This document shows, piece by piece, positions 1 to 14,175 of a stretch of 64,000 bases of DNA. The DNA lies in the NCBI GenBank assembly GCA_951406725.2, contig OX597822.1, forward strand, positions 12,152,001-12,216,000, read 5' to 3'. The notes beneath the pieces are model-generated. The model was not told the DNA's origin and did no database searches. It saw only the letters and a program-made list of their open reading frames with translations. A program made the position numbers and the translations under genes. This DNA comes from Octopus vulgaris. Lineage: Eukaryota. Numbering within the stretch: position 1 is the stretch's first letter; each line of letters starts with the position of its first letter.

Positions 1-2025
1 TGGGTGCGTTTATTTCTAAGATGTTTGAAATTTTAACATCGCTATATCTAGATATGTATATATATAGAGGAAAGTGCTTCTGTGTGTACGTGTGTGTGTA
101 TGTGTCTGTGTGTGTGTGTGCGTACGTGTGCTTGCTCGCGCATGTGTGCATGTGTGTGTATACATGTGCATGCATGTATGTGAGCATGTATGTATGTGTA
201 TGTGCATGTATGCATGTATTTGTGGATGTGAGTGTGTGGAGCATAGATCATTCTAATGTAGGTTCCTTAAAAGAGAAGCTTATATTTCATGCTTAATGCG
301 AAAGACTTTACAAAGGTCAAGGTCAACCTATGCAAGCTGCTGGTATTGAAGAACAAACACCCATACTCCCTCACACGCATGCCTACTGTGAAACTGAGAG
401 TGAGTTATGTGCAGCTATATATACAGGTGTGTATATGGCTGTATATATACATGTGCCTTTGTGTGCCTGTATATACATGTGTTTGCATGCATTTACATGA
501 ATATATGTATGTATATATATGAGAAATATGATGGGTTTAGTTCACTGGCGATCTAAACCAATAGGTACGTTTCGTGATTGTTATAATTGGTCATCCGTTA
601 GGTTCCAAGTTCACGGCTGACGCTGGAGGTAGAGACCCGTTGTAGGATTCCGATTCAGGAGATATATATTAAAAGTAAAAGGAAAATAAAAGCAAGGTAG
701 GACGAGCATCTCAGTTCATCGTATACATAAATGTCAATCTTGCTGCGTATGCTAGTGAACCAATCTTGACGAAACTTTGCATACATGTTCAACTAACATC
801 CAGATCAATTATAAGCTAATTGAATTTCAATAAAAATCTATAATGGGCCTCCTAGTTGGGTTGGGGAATTATTTGCTAAAATGAGAAGGGTGCAAACAGC
901 GTTTGCGTGAGGGAAATGTGGTTGCATAGTGAGTGTGGTTGATATCAGTGTAGGTGAGAACAGCGCTGTGTAAGCGACAAATATGGAATGACAGTGGGGT
1001 GAAAACATTAATACAGCTGTCATTCACGGATATACACGCGACGCTACATACATACTTTCGTAAATACATAGATACATGCATACACACACACATACACTGC
1101 ACACACACACGCATGCACATACACATAACTAACTTTTAAAACACTGAGGGAGGGAAAGAAAGGTGGGTGTGAGGAATTCGTAGCTTTAAGGAGAGATGGG
1201 GTAGGTAACTATTCTGCTTTTCAGAAAGACACAGACGGACAGACACACACATACATATAAATAGATACATATGTACATGCATACTGACTTGTATCTACCA
1301 TACAACATTTTAAATTCGTGATTACCTGTGTGTACCTTTGTAAATGTGCGAGTGTGTGTATGTGCTTCAGTGTGTGTGTATATTTGTGAGCGTGTGCGCA
1401 CGTGTGTGGGTCAGGTGCTGTAATTGTCTGTGTGTTTATTTTTAGAGTATTTCCTGTTGCTGACACATATTGTGAAATTTTAAAATTACCTCAACATTTT
1501 CAAATTTGGTATATTGAAAATTTGCGCTTGTTATTAACTTGTTCGGAAGAATTGTAGAAAAATGTTACTGAGGTTTAAAGTTTAATCAATTTTACCTAAA
1601 CAGAAAACAGGATTTGGAAGCTGGCATTTTCTGCATGATAGCTGTCTATCACAAAATGAAAGCGAAATCATTAGGAAGAGGAATTTGTTTTTATTAAACA
1701 AACGAAAGCAAACGCATTACAACGACCAAAAATTGTAAGAACTTCTGAAGTTTTAAGGAATTAAGTCATGTGAAACGGTCGAACAGATACGCAGATATTT
1801 TAAAAGGAAAAAACATCACCAACGAAGTTTTTTGCGAAAAATTTCACAAATCTGTTCTGATCAAGACACCTTTCTGTTGGGGAAAGCATGATCTGACATG
1901 GAATAAGCAAACATTTATATAAGTCTTTTAATTGTAAAAATTGCCCGCCTCGACGAGATTTTCAGCTAGTTGAGAATATTTAATTAAAGTAATGTGAATC
2001 AGTAAATAAGAAGTAGTAATTAACA

Positions 2026-2099
2026 TCTTACAGCTGGTTCTGGGATATCTCAGGTAATGAGTCAACATCCACATACACTGGGTATTCCGTCATCAGAGA
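2026..2099 (-). ncRNA. Degenerate type I hammerhead-ribozyme motif in a PLE-like terminal element (about 1915-2110)
   Basis: Minus strand reads tct-CTGATGA-[long stem II]-GAAC-CAGCTG-TA-aga: stem I tct/aga, palindromic stem III, one core substitution (GAAA to GAAC). Confidence 0.55.
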
Positions 2100-2157
2100 C
2101 AAGGTGTGTATATAAAAACACACACGCACAGACAGACACACACATACATGTGTAGCT

Positions 2158-2428
2158 AGCACTCCCCGTCGGTTACAACGACGAGTGTTCCAATCAGATC
2201 AAAAGAACAGCGTGTTCGTTAAATTAACGTGTAAGCGTGACTGAGAATCCCACAGACACAGGTACTTTTAACGTAGTTCTGAGGAATTTCAGTGTGACAC
2301 GGAATGTGACAGGGCTGGCCCTTCTGAAATACAGGTAATATTCATTTTTGTCAGCTGAGTGAACTGGAGCGACATGAAATAACGTCTCCTGTTCAAGGCT
2401 ACCGAACTCACAACCTTGCGATTATGAG
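2158..2428 (-). mobile_element. SINE family D (CORE-like middle plus tail shared with the 20466 element)
   Basis: 2160-2335 aligns by eye with 20470-20650. Minus strand has CORE-like 'ccttgaacaggagacgttatttcatgtcgctccagttcactcagctg'. Confidence 0.75.
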
Positions 2429-2505
2429 ACAAATACATACATATATACATACACACACACACAAACACAAACACATATATAAGTATGTATATATATATTT
2501 ATATA

Positions 2506-2813
2506 TCATGTGACGTCACGTGACCGACCAGACCATCATATGCTGCTACACATCGCTGGTCACAATGCGCTTCACATTATTTTAGCCTTCAAATGTCGCC
2601 ACCCCGCTGGCTAAGCGAGCAGGCCAATAGAAGAAAGAGTGAGAGAAAGTTGTGGTGAAAGAATACAGCAGGGATCACCACCACCCCATGCCGGAGCGTC
2701 GTGGAGCTTTAGGTGTTTTCGCTCAATAAACACTCACAACGCCCGGTCTGGGAATCGAAACCGCGATCCTACGACCGCGAGTTTGAAGCCCTAACCACTG
2801 GGCCATTGCACCT
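2506..2813 (-). mobile_element. tRNA(Arg)-like-headed SINE family A, full length
   Basis: Reverse complement of the 19291-19594 copy. Pol III A box TGGCCCAGTGG and B-box-like GTTTCGATTCC; ends in GTCACGTGA repeats. Confidence 0.9.
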
Positions 2814-2818
2814 ACACA

Positions 2819-2864
<46 letters not shown>

Positions 2865-3295
2865 GAGAGAGAGGGGGAGAGTGAGCGACAGACAGACAGA
2901 TAAATAGATAAATATACGTATGCATATATGTGTGCGTGTGTGTGTATTTATGTGTATATAGGGTATGTCCTTAACTCTTGGTGGAGCGCTAAGAGCAGCG
3001 TATTATTAGATACTTTGAGCGGTGCGAAAAGAATGTTGAGCAGGGATGTGTTTGCCAATTCCGATTCAGGTGAAGCTTGAATTCAGAGGTCATTGCAGTG
3101 CAGCATCTGTTGGTTGTTGTTGCAGATAGAAGACTTTCGTGCTACAACTGTGGAGGCACTAATCATCTCAAGTCGTTCTCATACAAAATGAATAGAAAAT
3201 GATAGCTGAAACTAAGTCTCCGCTACTTTGAACGCTATGACTTGGACATCATCCCTAGTAACTTGAGGTACCACAAGAGCAACAGCCACACTAAC

Positions 3296-3365
3296 TGGAA
3301 CCACCACATGGAACCCGCACGGAACCAGCACGGACCCAGCATGGAACCAGAATGGAACCACCACA
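3296..3365. repeat. Minisatellite of about 11-bp units (GGAACCAGCAY)
   Basis: tggaaccaccaca tggaacccgca cggaaccagca cggacccagca tggaaccagaa tggaaccaccaca. Confidence 0.8.
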
Positions 3366-3813
3366 GCCCTAATTACTATACCAAATGCAGAATTGGGGGC
3401 AACGCCTACAACTAGGAATGGAACACTCCAAAGATTGTAAATGACAGGATCAAGATGGGAAACGATGACACAACACTGTCAAGTTTCACCGGATAATCAA
3501 CAGCTGAAAACCCGCTAAAAACAACAAGTAAGCAAAAATACAACGATCTCCTCACTCGGGTTATTACAGAAGTGTCATGTGGTGAAGCGAGTGCTCATAA
3601 AACGTAACTAAGAAGCATGTAAGTATCCCTAGTGTTAGCAATGGACTAGAAGCACACTTTAAAACAATCCCCCCAAAACTGGCAAATATGAACAAATGAG
3701 GGAGATGCCTTTGGGCAATAATTCACCAACATCACCTCACCCGGCAGCCACACCTACCGGCTGAATGTCTTCCTCTTTACAACCACTAATCACTATCATA
3801 GAACATTCTAATT

Positions 3814-4391
3814 CTTTTCTACTTTAGGCACAAGACCCGAAATTTTTGGGGAAAGGCCAGTCGATTAGATCGACATAAGTATGCAACTGGTACTTAATTT
3901 ATCGATCCCGAAAGGGGTGAAAGGCAAAGTCGACCTCGGCAGAATTTGAACTCAAAACGTAAGGAAAGATGAATTACCTATTTCTGTTTCTTTACTACCC
4001 ACAAGGGGCTAAACACAGAGAGGACAAATAAGGACAGACAAACGGATTAAGTCGATTATATCAACCCCAGTTGGTAACTGGTAATTAATTTATCGACCCC
4101 GAAAGGATTAAAGGCAAAGTCGACTTCGGCGGTATTTGAACTTAGAACATAACGGCAGACGAAATACCTATTTCTTTACTACCCACAAGGGGCTAAACAC
4201 AGAGAGGACAAACAAGGATAGACAAACGGATTAAGTCGATTACATCGACCCCAGTGCGTAACTGGTACTTAATTTATCGATCCCGAAAGGATAAAAGGCA
4301 AAGTCGAACTCAGAACGTAACGGCAGACGAAATACGGCTACGCATTTCGCCCGGCGTGCTAATGTTTGTGCTAGCTCCCCGCCTTATAAGC
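3814..4391 (-). mobile_element. Trimeric SINE family M (Meta-domain-like) with 11-bp TSD
   Basis: Three tandem bodies ('...cccgaaaggatraaaggcaaagtcgac...') and one tRNA-like head; flanked by ACATTCTAATT at 3803-3813 and 4392-4402. Confidence 0.88.
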
Positions 4392-4591
4392 ACATTCTAA
4401 TTAACATACACAATATCCAGACGACACCCTTCCAGCAAAACAAAAATTTTATTAACTTTACGGCAAGAAACTCAAGCAATGAAAGACGAATGGACCGCAT
4501 ATACCGACATGCAGTCATCATACACAATATGATCTTTACATTAACTGAGATCACTCGAGAAAACATAACAATCTTCTAAATATAAAGAACA

Positions 4592-5019
4592 TACTCTTTA
4601 CTCTCTTTTACTCTTTTACTTGTTTCAGTCATTTGATTGCGGCCATGCTGGAGCACCGCCTTTAGTCGAGTAAATCGAAACCGGGACTTATTCTTTGTAA
4701 GCCCAGTACTTATTGTATCGGTCTTTTTTGCTGAACCGCTAAGTGACGGGGACGTAAACACACCAGCATCGGTTGTCAAGCAATGATTGTGGAACAAACA
4801 CAGATACACAAACATATACACACACATACGCATATACATATATACATATATACATATATACGACAGGCTTCTTTCAGTTTCCGTCTACCAAATCCACTCA
4901 CAAGGCATTGGTCGGCCCTATAGCAGAAGACACTTGCCCAAGATGCCACGCAGTGGGACTGAACCCGAAACCATGTGGTTGGTTAGCAAGCTACTTACCA
5001 CACAGCCACTCCTGCGCCT
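4592..5019 (-). mobile_element. CORE-like tRNA-derived SINE family R, full length
   Basis: Minus strand head ggcgcaggagtggctgtgtggtaag...ggttcagtccc, CORE-like 'ggcatcttgggcaagtgtctt', internal (TA/TG)n, tail (GAGTAAAA)n. Matches 31456-31859. Confidence 0.9.
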
Positions 5020-5881
5020 ATACATAGAACATCTTAAAAAAGTAAACGTCTCAAAAGAGTAGGAAACTTCAGAGGTTATATCAGTAAAAGACTATACAAA
5101 GATCTGCTTATGGAAACGCCCACAATTAGTTGGAGGCACGGAATACCTGCCCCAATCCACACGGTAAACACAAATTGACCTTTTTCATCATTCATCTTTC
5201 AACGAATGGTCTTATTTAGAAAAGAGAGCATAAAGACATTTGATTTAAAGTCACCATGGAAACAGGGCCATCTGCCCAACGTCTTGAGATTTCTAAATGA
5301 AGTGCTCACCAGAAACACCTCAATTTCCGAACCAGGAAACTTCTTAGTCATTTAGGGTGGGTGTGTACACGTCGACAGGGATTGAGAGGCAAAGCGGCTA
5401 AGTTACTTCGAAAGGGCCTGGACCAAACGATGGTCTGATTTGTGATTCGTCTCAAATCTAATCATGTCCTTTGCGCAAAAAGGCTTCGGATGCGACCACT
5501 TTTAAAGATAGTAAATGGTGACAGAAGTCCAAGAATTAGCTAATATTTGTGTTGCATCAATCCACCGCGTACCAGATCACACGCTGGTTCTTTGGAGTAG
5601 GTAAGCCTCGGTTCGGTAATACTCGTGTTTCTTTGACGTCAGCCGTACAAAAATATAGCTGAAAGGTACCCTGCGGATACATGAATATAACGACACACAT
5701 CTACTATGAAAGCAACGTTGCTTACGCGTACCTAATAGATGCATGAAAAATACGGGAATGTGAAACTCAGAGTAACAGATTTTGTTGAATTTTCTGCTGC
5801 TTTTAAATAAAGCATATTACTCTACCCCTGGTATTTGAGTACTCTTTTTTCCACCTTGTTTCATATTTATGTGTTTACTCC

Positions 5882-5928
<47 letters not shown>

Positions 5929-5991
5929 AAGTGTAGATAAATATATACATAAACTCAAATGCACTCACAGATGCGTGTCTGTATGTGTGTC

Positions 5992-6049
<58 letters not shown>

Positions 6050-6280
6050 TATGAGCAAATCTCGGTTCTCTAGAGGGTTTCACATCTAATGTAGCCGTTA
6101 GCATGAAAGTGTATATAAAAATATATTAGTTTCTGTCCAACTTAATGTAGATATTCGCAATGTGATACGTGCATGTGATATATTGTATATAAAATATATC
6201 AAAATATATACATATATGTATATGTACTATATTATATCATATTTTATATATACATATATGTAAAGAGAATGTAAAGAGAA

Positions 6281-6325
<45 letters not shown>

Positions 6326-6968
6326 CCTACATATATATATGCATATAAATACACAAAAATATTATGTTTATATACGCACATATATATATATGTATGTATG
6401 CATTTGTATATGTATATGTAAATATGCACACATATGTGTGTGTATGTGTGTGTTGAGCATAAACGTACGAAATTCTAGAAGGATACCCGCATGGTTCTAT
6501 CACACATGATGCTCGGTGCACTCAGCACACAGCACTTCTATGTGTTCAACGCACACACAAACGCACTCACGCAGTCACATGCATGCATGATCAAAGTTTT
6601 TCTCTTTCTGTTCCCGCACACAACGTGTATTCTTCTTCCTCTCTCCCGTGTAATCATATGCACGTGTATGTATGCATGTATATATGTATGTGTGTATGCG
6701 TGTGTGTATGTAAATGTGTATACATGTATATAAATACATACATAAATTCATACGCATTCACACAAACACATATAGGTATGCATGCATCTCTCTCTCCCTC
6801 TCACTCTTTGTCTCTTCCTACCTACTTATCTATCTATATATCTATGTATCTATTTATCTGTCTGTCTGTCTGCCTGTCTGTGTGTGTCTGTCTGTCCATC
6901 TATCTATATATTATATCTATCTATCTGTTTCTCTTTCTCTCTATCTTTCTCTTTGCATTCATGTATGC

Positions 6969-7006
<38 letters not shown>

Positions 7007-7021
7007 GTAGATAGATAGATA

Positions 7022-7068
<47 letters not shown>

Positions 7069-7105
7069 CGAAATACATAGGTATCTACAAAAATATACAC
7101 ACATA

Positions 7106-7137
<32 letters not shown>

Positions 7138-7163
7138 CACGCATACTTATTCACGTATGCATA

Positions 7164-7251
<88 letters not shown>

Positions 7252-8169
7252 TATTGTGTGTGTTTGTGCACCCTCTAAAGAACCAAGAATTGCACATACT
7301 CTCTCTCTCTCTCACACACACACATACAGACACGCATCTGCGTGTGCATTTGCGTTTATGTATATATTTATCTTGTCTATATACATGTTTCTATATATTT
7401 GTACACAGATTGCTCTCTCTCTCTCCTCCACTCCCCAGATATTGGTTGGTCAGTTTTTATTTCTTTATTTTTTCCCCTTCTTCTCCTCCTTTTGCTTCAT
7501 CTCTCCATTATCGATATTATTCTTAAACTTAATACATCTGCCACATGTTTCAATCTATCCTTCACCGGTTACCTCCCCTTTCACTACGCTCTCTCTCCCG
7601 TATCCCCTTTACATGAACTTATACAATTCCTCTCTCTCTATCTCTCCTTTTTTTCTTTCTCCTTTTTCTTTCTGTTCGCCTTTCTTTTTACCTTCTTCTC
7701 TTCTTATACCTTCTTTCTATATTTTCCCTTCTCAATCGGATTTTCATAGCAACTTCTGCTCTGTCTTTCCTGATGGAATTTATCCTGACAAATGATGATC
7801 TTATTTCACTTACTTTTGCCAATATCCTTGACATCTCACAATCTTTACCGCAGTGTCTACTTAAGCTAAAAAGATGCTGGAAGATTTCCTCCATAACTTA
7901 CCGTTCCTTTTGCAACCTTCCCTTACCATTTTCTCATTCTTCGCTCGCGTTCTTCTAACTCTCTCTACAAATCTCTCACTCATTTTTCATATCGTTCTCT
8001 CTACCTCACTCTGTCGCTTCCCCCCCTCTCTATCTTTCATTCTTTCATTCTGTTTATTTTCTTCCTGATTTTCTTTATCTTTAACAGATATTTCCTTCTC
8101 CAGTAGCACCTGTCTAATCACATGACTCAGGAGACATATTTTGATACGGTTGTAGCAGTTGTTGCTACT

Positions 8170-8445
8170 ATCATCATCATCACCATCATCATCATTATCA
8201 TCATCAGCATCATTGTCATCATCATTATTATCATCATCATCATCATTGTAGTCATCATCATCATCATTGTCGTCATCATCCTCATCATCATCATCATCAT
8301 CATCATTATCATCATCAGCATCATTGTCATCATCATTATTATCATCTTCATCATCATTGTAGTCATCATCATTATCATTGTCGTCATTCTCCTCCTCCTC
8401 CTCATCATCATCATCATCTTCATCATCATCCTCATTATTATTATT
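8170..8445. repeat. Degenerate (CAT)n trinucleotide array with an internal higher-order duplication
   Basis: About 90 (CAT)-like units; variant pattern cag/tgt/gta/cgt repeated at about 8190-8277 and 8301-8387. Confidence 0.9.
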
Positions 8446-9248
8446 CTTACTGTTGCTCGTAGCAGTTGTCATCGTTTCTTTTCCTCTTGCAGTTATTATT
8501 ATTCTCCTCTTTCTCTCATATTGTCGTTGGTCTTTGGTTTCCCGTCTTGCTTATTGTGTTCAGGCGTCGCAGTTGGTTTCACAGTGAAAATACGCATCCC
8601 TGGTTATCCTCTAAAATCTTATAAAATCGTGTTGCCTTGTTTCGGATAAAATACCTTTTTAATATTAATACTAACTATGTTTCTGAAAAGTGATACATGA
8701 CCAGAATCGGTAGAACACCAAGCAAAGCCATCTTTCTTTTCGGCTATTTACATTGTCATTTCAAATCTCCAGTGGTTTCAATTTTCCTGTTGTCCTTCTT
8801 CGGCCGATAAAATATATTTGAGTTTGGCTACAGGAATTGCCGTAATCAACAATAACACACCCTCAAATTCAGACCTTTCTCTGTTAAAAATCAATAATCG
8901 ATATTCTTTGGAGTACTTGTCAGTTAGTAACTCAGTACGCTTGGTTGAGCTTGCATTTCGATCCCGCTTCCTTTCCTAATCGATAAATTTAAATCACTAG
9001 TTAATATATTGTGCATTGAATGTATTCAATCTGATACAAGCGTATCTATACAAACATTGATCTGGTTCGTGTATTTAAAATGAAATTCCTGTAGAAGTAT
9101 TTTCAAACGAATATATTTGTTTGTGTATATAGTGTCTACACGAAAACATTGTTGAAGAAGGAAGGTGTTATATATAATGTAACATCGAATCTGCCATTAG
9201 AATATCTAGCTACGCAACATGAAAGAATTGAAATGGTAAACGAACACC

Positions 9249-9527
9249 ATCAAGCACTTGTCTCCAGAATTCCCTCTCCTGCATTGCTCTTGGCAGCTCA
9301 TTTTTCTGCAGACCACATTCTTCAACCAGTTGGTAGAAAACTGTCCTGTCTGGACACTCTCACCTTTGCCTTCCGTGTTTTGCTTTCCACTTCAGCATTT
9401 GGCTAATAATTCACCCTTGCTACTAAAGCAAATTCCTCAAAATCTGAGACTTCTTTACATTATGGTGGAGATAACTTGGAAGTTTATTATAAAGGGTCTG
9501 ACTTGTTGTATGGGAATGCCATTTGAC
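9249..9527 (-). mobile_element. Decayed RTE-like LINE, ORF C-terminus
   Basis: Manual translation across frameshifts: VKWHSHTTSQTLYNKLP..LRF*GICFSSKGE/IISQMLKWKAKHGRQR*ECPDRTVFYQLVEECGLQKNELPRAMQEREFWRQV. Resembles the RTE-type C-terminal pattern W..H.TN..LY..LP..LRFAGHC..W.P.HG.R.RGRP..AM.DR..WR. Confidence 0.7.
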
Positions 9528-10744
9528 GCTATCGTAATACACAGTTTAAAATAAGACGTATCACATTTTCTCACCACTATTCATATCTATTGGCATCCAT
9601 CACTAACTTTTCCTACGACAATAGTCTGTTTTCAGTTACTCCTCACATTACTGTCACATTTGCCATTATACTCTCCTTGCACGACAAACACGCTGCCTCA
9701 CAGGCTCCTCCCTCTCATCCACTCTCTTGGCTCACTCTGTCTTTCTGACATTCCATCTTGGCCATGCTACCTTCAGCCAACAGAGAAATCGTGGGGCTGT
9801 TAGGTCGCTTTTCCCTCGTTGAGGATATAGCAATGTGTATAGTATGAAAACCGGAATGAAACGCAGCCATTAAAATACATTTCGGTCTTGGTGCCAAGAA
9901 GGCTGTCTAGCTGTAGAAACGCCAGTAAGGCCAGCGTCCTGTGCATAAAGCAAAAAAGAGAATACCACTAAGATTGCTGCTTGGTTTTGAATAAAAATAA
10001 TTTACTGATAGTGGCCTTATCCTATGTGTTGGATTGAGTATGCCTTACTACTAGTGCAGCGGGAGTCAAAAATTATTTAAAAGAAAATGAGCTGAGCCAA
10101 ACAATGGAGTATTCAAATTATACGCTTTAAAATAAAGTATGGTTGTGTTGTTGAGGAAAGAGCTCCTCCAATCATTTTTGTAATGCGTTGTGTTGTTTGT
10201 AAAATTTTGTATGCTCCTACTTGACGCGTTTCTCGTTACTGAGAAACTCTCCTTTCAGCAAGAAACAAAAGAAAATGATGTTTCATTTTAAACGAACAAG
10301 AGACACATGGTCTGTCTCCCCACTTTCTAAACTATTTGGAAGAGAGTAGCTAAGAATAAGGACGGACTCGCGCCGTGAAAATGTGTGGAAAAATGGCAGA
10401 ATGGAAAGTGGTTGGTAGTAGTGAGAGTAGAAGTAAGAGTAGGAGTAGTAATAATAGTAAAAGCCAACGCCCTTGTCATTGTAGTTGTGGTGGTGAAAGT
10501 AGCGGAGATATTGGCCATCGTTTTCATAAATTTTGTCGCGACGGTAGCGGTGGTGGCGAGGATGGTTTATATGCTTGTAGTGGTAGGAGTAGTTGTAATG
10601 ATGGTTGCAGTAGAGGTTGTAGTTGTTTGGTCGTAGTCACTGCAGAATGAGAAGAAGAGAAAGAAAAGAAAAAAGACGAAGAAGGAGAGAAAGAAGAAAG
10701 TGAAGAAGACGAAGATGAAGATATATATGTATACACACACACAC

Positions 10745-10783
<39 letters not shown>

Positions 10784-11355
10784 TGCATACACATATGGGA
10801 AGAGATAGAGGAAGAGTGAGAAAGAGTGATAGCTTGTTACATTGGTAGATAGATAGAAAGATAGATAGATAGAAAGGTAGATAGATAAGTATGTATGTAT
10901 GAAGGTATATAAATGCATGTGTGTGTTTGTGTTTATGTAACTGTTTGCCTACTTCTTTGTGAATAATTTAACTATTGTTTTGCTTATTATTTAAAAAACA
11001 CCCAATCATTTATATAACCAATAATTAAGACACACACGCATTTACCATAAACACCAGACAATAAAGTTTTCCTTGCTTCTTCAATTATAACAGAAACATT
11101 GTATTTCATTATGAAATCTATTATTACAGTAATTAAAGTTAATTTAACGAAAAGTGTCGTGTAGTATATTATCATTTATTTTAAACATTGTGATTTAAAT
11201 ACGAAACCAAAGAAAAGATTTCTATACGGAACCGTCACTTGTTAGAAATAACAACAAACCCCTTTCCACATACAACGTATTGCTTCCCAGGGATGGAAGT
11301 CACCCTGGATAATTTGCTTGCAGGTTTACAATAGTCTAGATATTATTGGAAGAGA

Positions 11356-11565
11356 AGCGAGCTGGCGGAATTGTCAGCACGTTAGACAGAATAGTAGCAT
11401 TCCTTCAACTTTATGTTCTGAGTTCAAATTCTGCTGGAGGTGACATCACTTTTCATCATTTTGGGGTCAGGGGTTAATAAAATAAGCAGCAGCCAATCAC
11501 TGGAATCGATGTTATTCAATAGCCTTTCCTCACAAAATTTCATACCTCGTGCCTGAAGCAAGAAT
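11356..11565 (+). mobile_element. SINE family M, diverged
   Basis: gcgagctggcggaattgtcagcac...gttctgagttcaaattctgc...cttttcatcattttggggtc. Confidence 0.7.
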
Positions 11566-11689
11566 AAATGTCTCGGTCGGAAAGTCTTTCATCATAAATA
11601 TTCTTTATCAGAACGGACAAGAGTTGCACAGCAAGGACGTATTTTGTGCCATTATCTTCTTTCTTCATTTGCTTGCTTCAGTCATTTGC

Positions 11690-11945
11690 CTGCTGTCATG
11701 GTGGGGCAACAGCTTGAAGGGTTTAGTCAAACACTTGGAACCCTGTAGATATTGTTAAAGTCTGGTACTCATTCTGTCGACCAGCTATTATTCGAGGACG
11801 TAAATAAACGAACGTTTGTTGTGAAGCACTGTGTAGGAAAAAAGACAACTCCAAAGACAAACACGCTGTCTACCATATTCACTCGCAAGGCATTGATCGG
11901 CGTGGGGCTATACTATAAGACACTCGCCCATAATGCCGCGCAAGC
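11690..11945 (-). mobile_element. SINE family R, highly diverged
   Basis: Residual 'ctaccatattcactcgcaaggcattgatcggc...gacactcgcccataatgccgcgca' matches the reverse of the family R head and CORE. Confidence 0.6.
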
Positions 11946-13174
11946 ATCTTACACAGTGCATACTAAAGATAATTTCGGAGGCATAAAACATGTTTTGCAC
12001 TGACATAGCCATCTCTACGTGAATCCGCTAAGAAAGCTGACACAACTTACTGGCGTATAGACAAAGTACTAAGAGATCCTATGTGTTCTCAATTCATATG
12101 TCGTTTGGAACAGCCGTCAAGTTTCGGTCAAATTATATAGGGTTGACGTATGTAACATGGTTACGCTAATACTTTCATGTGCACGCAAATACATTTGCAT
12201 TGCTTTTCCTGCCACCAACCCAACAGAATATCCAATCCGGGAGACAGCAACAGGTGAGAGATAGTACATCTCTAGAATGGGTTGATATTTTCGTTCTGCC
12301 TTGAAAAGGTGAACGGTCCAAGTTTGATTTGAAAGCGGAGTAAATGAACCTGAGAATGCAGTCTAATATATTCTTTGTATGCAGGCAGCAAGCTGCCACC
12401 AGCCTAGCAAGTCGGACAAAATGCTTAGCGGTATTTTTTCCGGTCCCTTTTGTTTAAATATTAAGTACTTTGAGCTCAAGTACTACTAATGTCAAATTTC
12501 TTTCATAATTTCGAGCTTCATAACATAAAGTACCAGTCAGGTAGTTACCTTTCAATCTATTTGTACGCTCCACTCAAATATCCCTGGCGTTGAACCCTGC
12601 ACGGACATGTTATTCTCTCGGTATCATTTATGCACATTTGAAATCGGGCAACCGGCGAAAAGTGTGCTAACGCTCAAAAACGAAAAATAATGACTCTACC
12701 TACTGACTGCCTAATACAATATTAGTTACTCCTAACATGTGAGACGATCACGGTTGGAACGTCGTCAAACACGGTTCTACCTGATGAACAAGAAGTAAAG
12801 GCTTGTTTTCTAAGCAGCCTCTGGCACTTTTTCTGGCGGCATCTGTTCCCTCCTTCAGAGTTACTAAAAGTACTTCAATAGCTGTTACAGTTTCACCGCA
12901 GTGAATCACTGATATTGCATGTGAACGCCTATTTGTGGAGAATCATCCTCACTTTTAGAACATGAGATTTTGCATCGTACAATTTTCAAATCATAGATAC
13001 AAAGTATGTGGCATATACATAAATGTGTATCAGAAACGTTTTATAAAGAGTGTAATTAAGGTTGAATAGTTCTTAAATATTACCAACAGTTTAAAAAATA
13101 GAATGTCTTCCAAGATCTATGTTTGCCATTCACAAACATATATGTATACATATACATATATATGTGTGTGCGTG

Positions 13175-13213
<39 letters not shown>

Positions 13214-13234
13214 GTATGTGAGTGTGTATACATA

Positions 13235-13282
<48 letters not shown>

Positions 13283-13851
13283 TATATATGTGTATGTGTG
13301 TGTAGGTTATATATGCATATCATACACACACATGTATTAAATACACATATTTGTGCATTCAATAACCTGAAATTATCTACTGAAATTATTGTCTGTCCAA
13401 AGTAATTAATTCAATCATTTAATGATAATCAATATAGAATATGTTATGTATACATACATATACACGTATACATACATACACACACACATACATACACATG
13501 CATACATATACATATATATATATAATATCAAATATATAATATGCGTGTGTGAGTGTGTGTATATGTGTGTGTATGTAAGTGTGTAGGTGTGTGTGTGTGT
13601 CTGTGAATATATTAAAGATATATGTAATGCCATATTTAAATTCAAATTCTCCAGAAAGTAAATGAAATCTTACTCCCTCACGTAAATTCCTCGATAATGA
13701 AAAGTAAAATGCTAAATTATGTTTTTTCTTCCCGTTCATATTTTTCTTTTCTCTTCACGACAATACAGTCATCTCTCAACTTTCACTCTCACAATCCACT
13801 ATGCCATATTCTGGCTTTATCACACTCTCTTTCTTTCCACTTGGCCTGTGT

Positions 13852-13886
<35 letters not shown>

Positions 13887-14137
13887 ACACACTGACTGTC
13901 TGTCTGTTCCTGTTGTATCAATTATTGCATTGTATTGCAAAATATGCAAACGTACGAACAGCCATACTTACAAACGCAAGAAACAAACTGCTACGTAAGT
14001 TTCATTGTTTTCCTGTCAGATATTCAATACTAATTTACCTTAATTAGGTTTGAGGAAAATTGCAGTGGAAGTCAAACAACAAAAAGGAAACAAAAAGAAA
14101 AAACTTTGAATGGCATGTATAAAATTACAATACAATA

Positions 14138-14168
<31 letters not shown>

Positions 14169-14175
14169 ATATATA

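Noticed and set aside
521-720. Possible further hammerhead remnant on the minus strand (…tcac-GAAACGTA)
   Set aside because: CUGANGA box and stem I are not recoverable.
1480-1900. Possible Tc1/mariner N-terminal remnant
   Set aside because: No TIR or catalytic motif identifiable; similarity too faint.
3860-4330. CRISPR-like or satellite array
   Set aside because: Units are SINE bodies of about 180 bp with no unique spacers, in a eukaryotic context.
7987-8472. 161-aa Asp-rich ORF resembling acidic shell-matrix proteins
   Set aside because: It is the reverse frame of a (CAT)n array; several frames are open, with no signal peptide or splice support.
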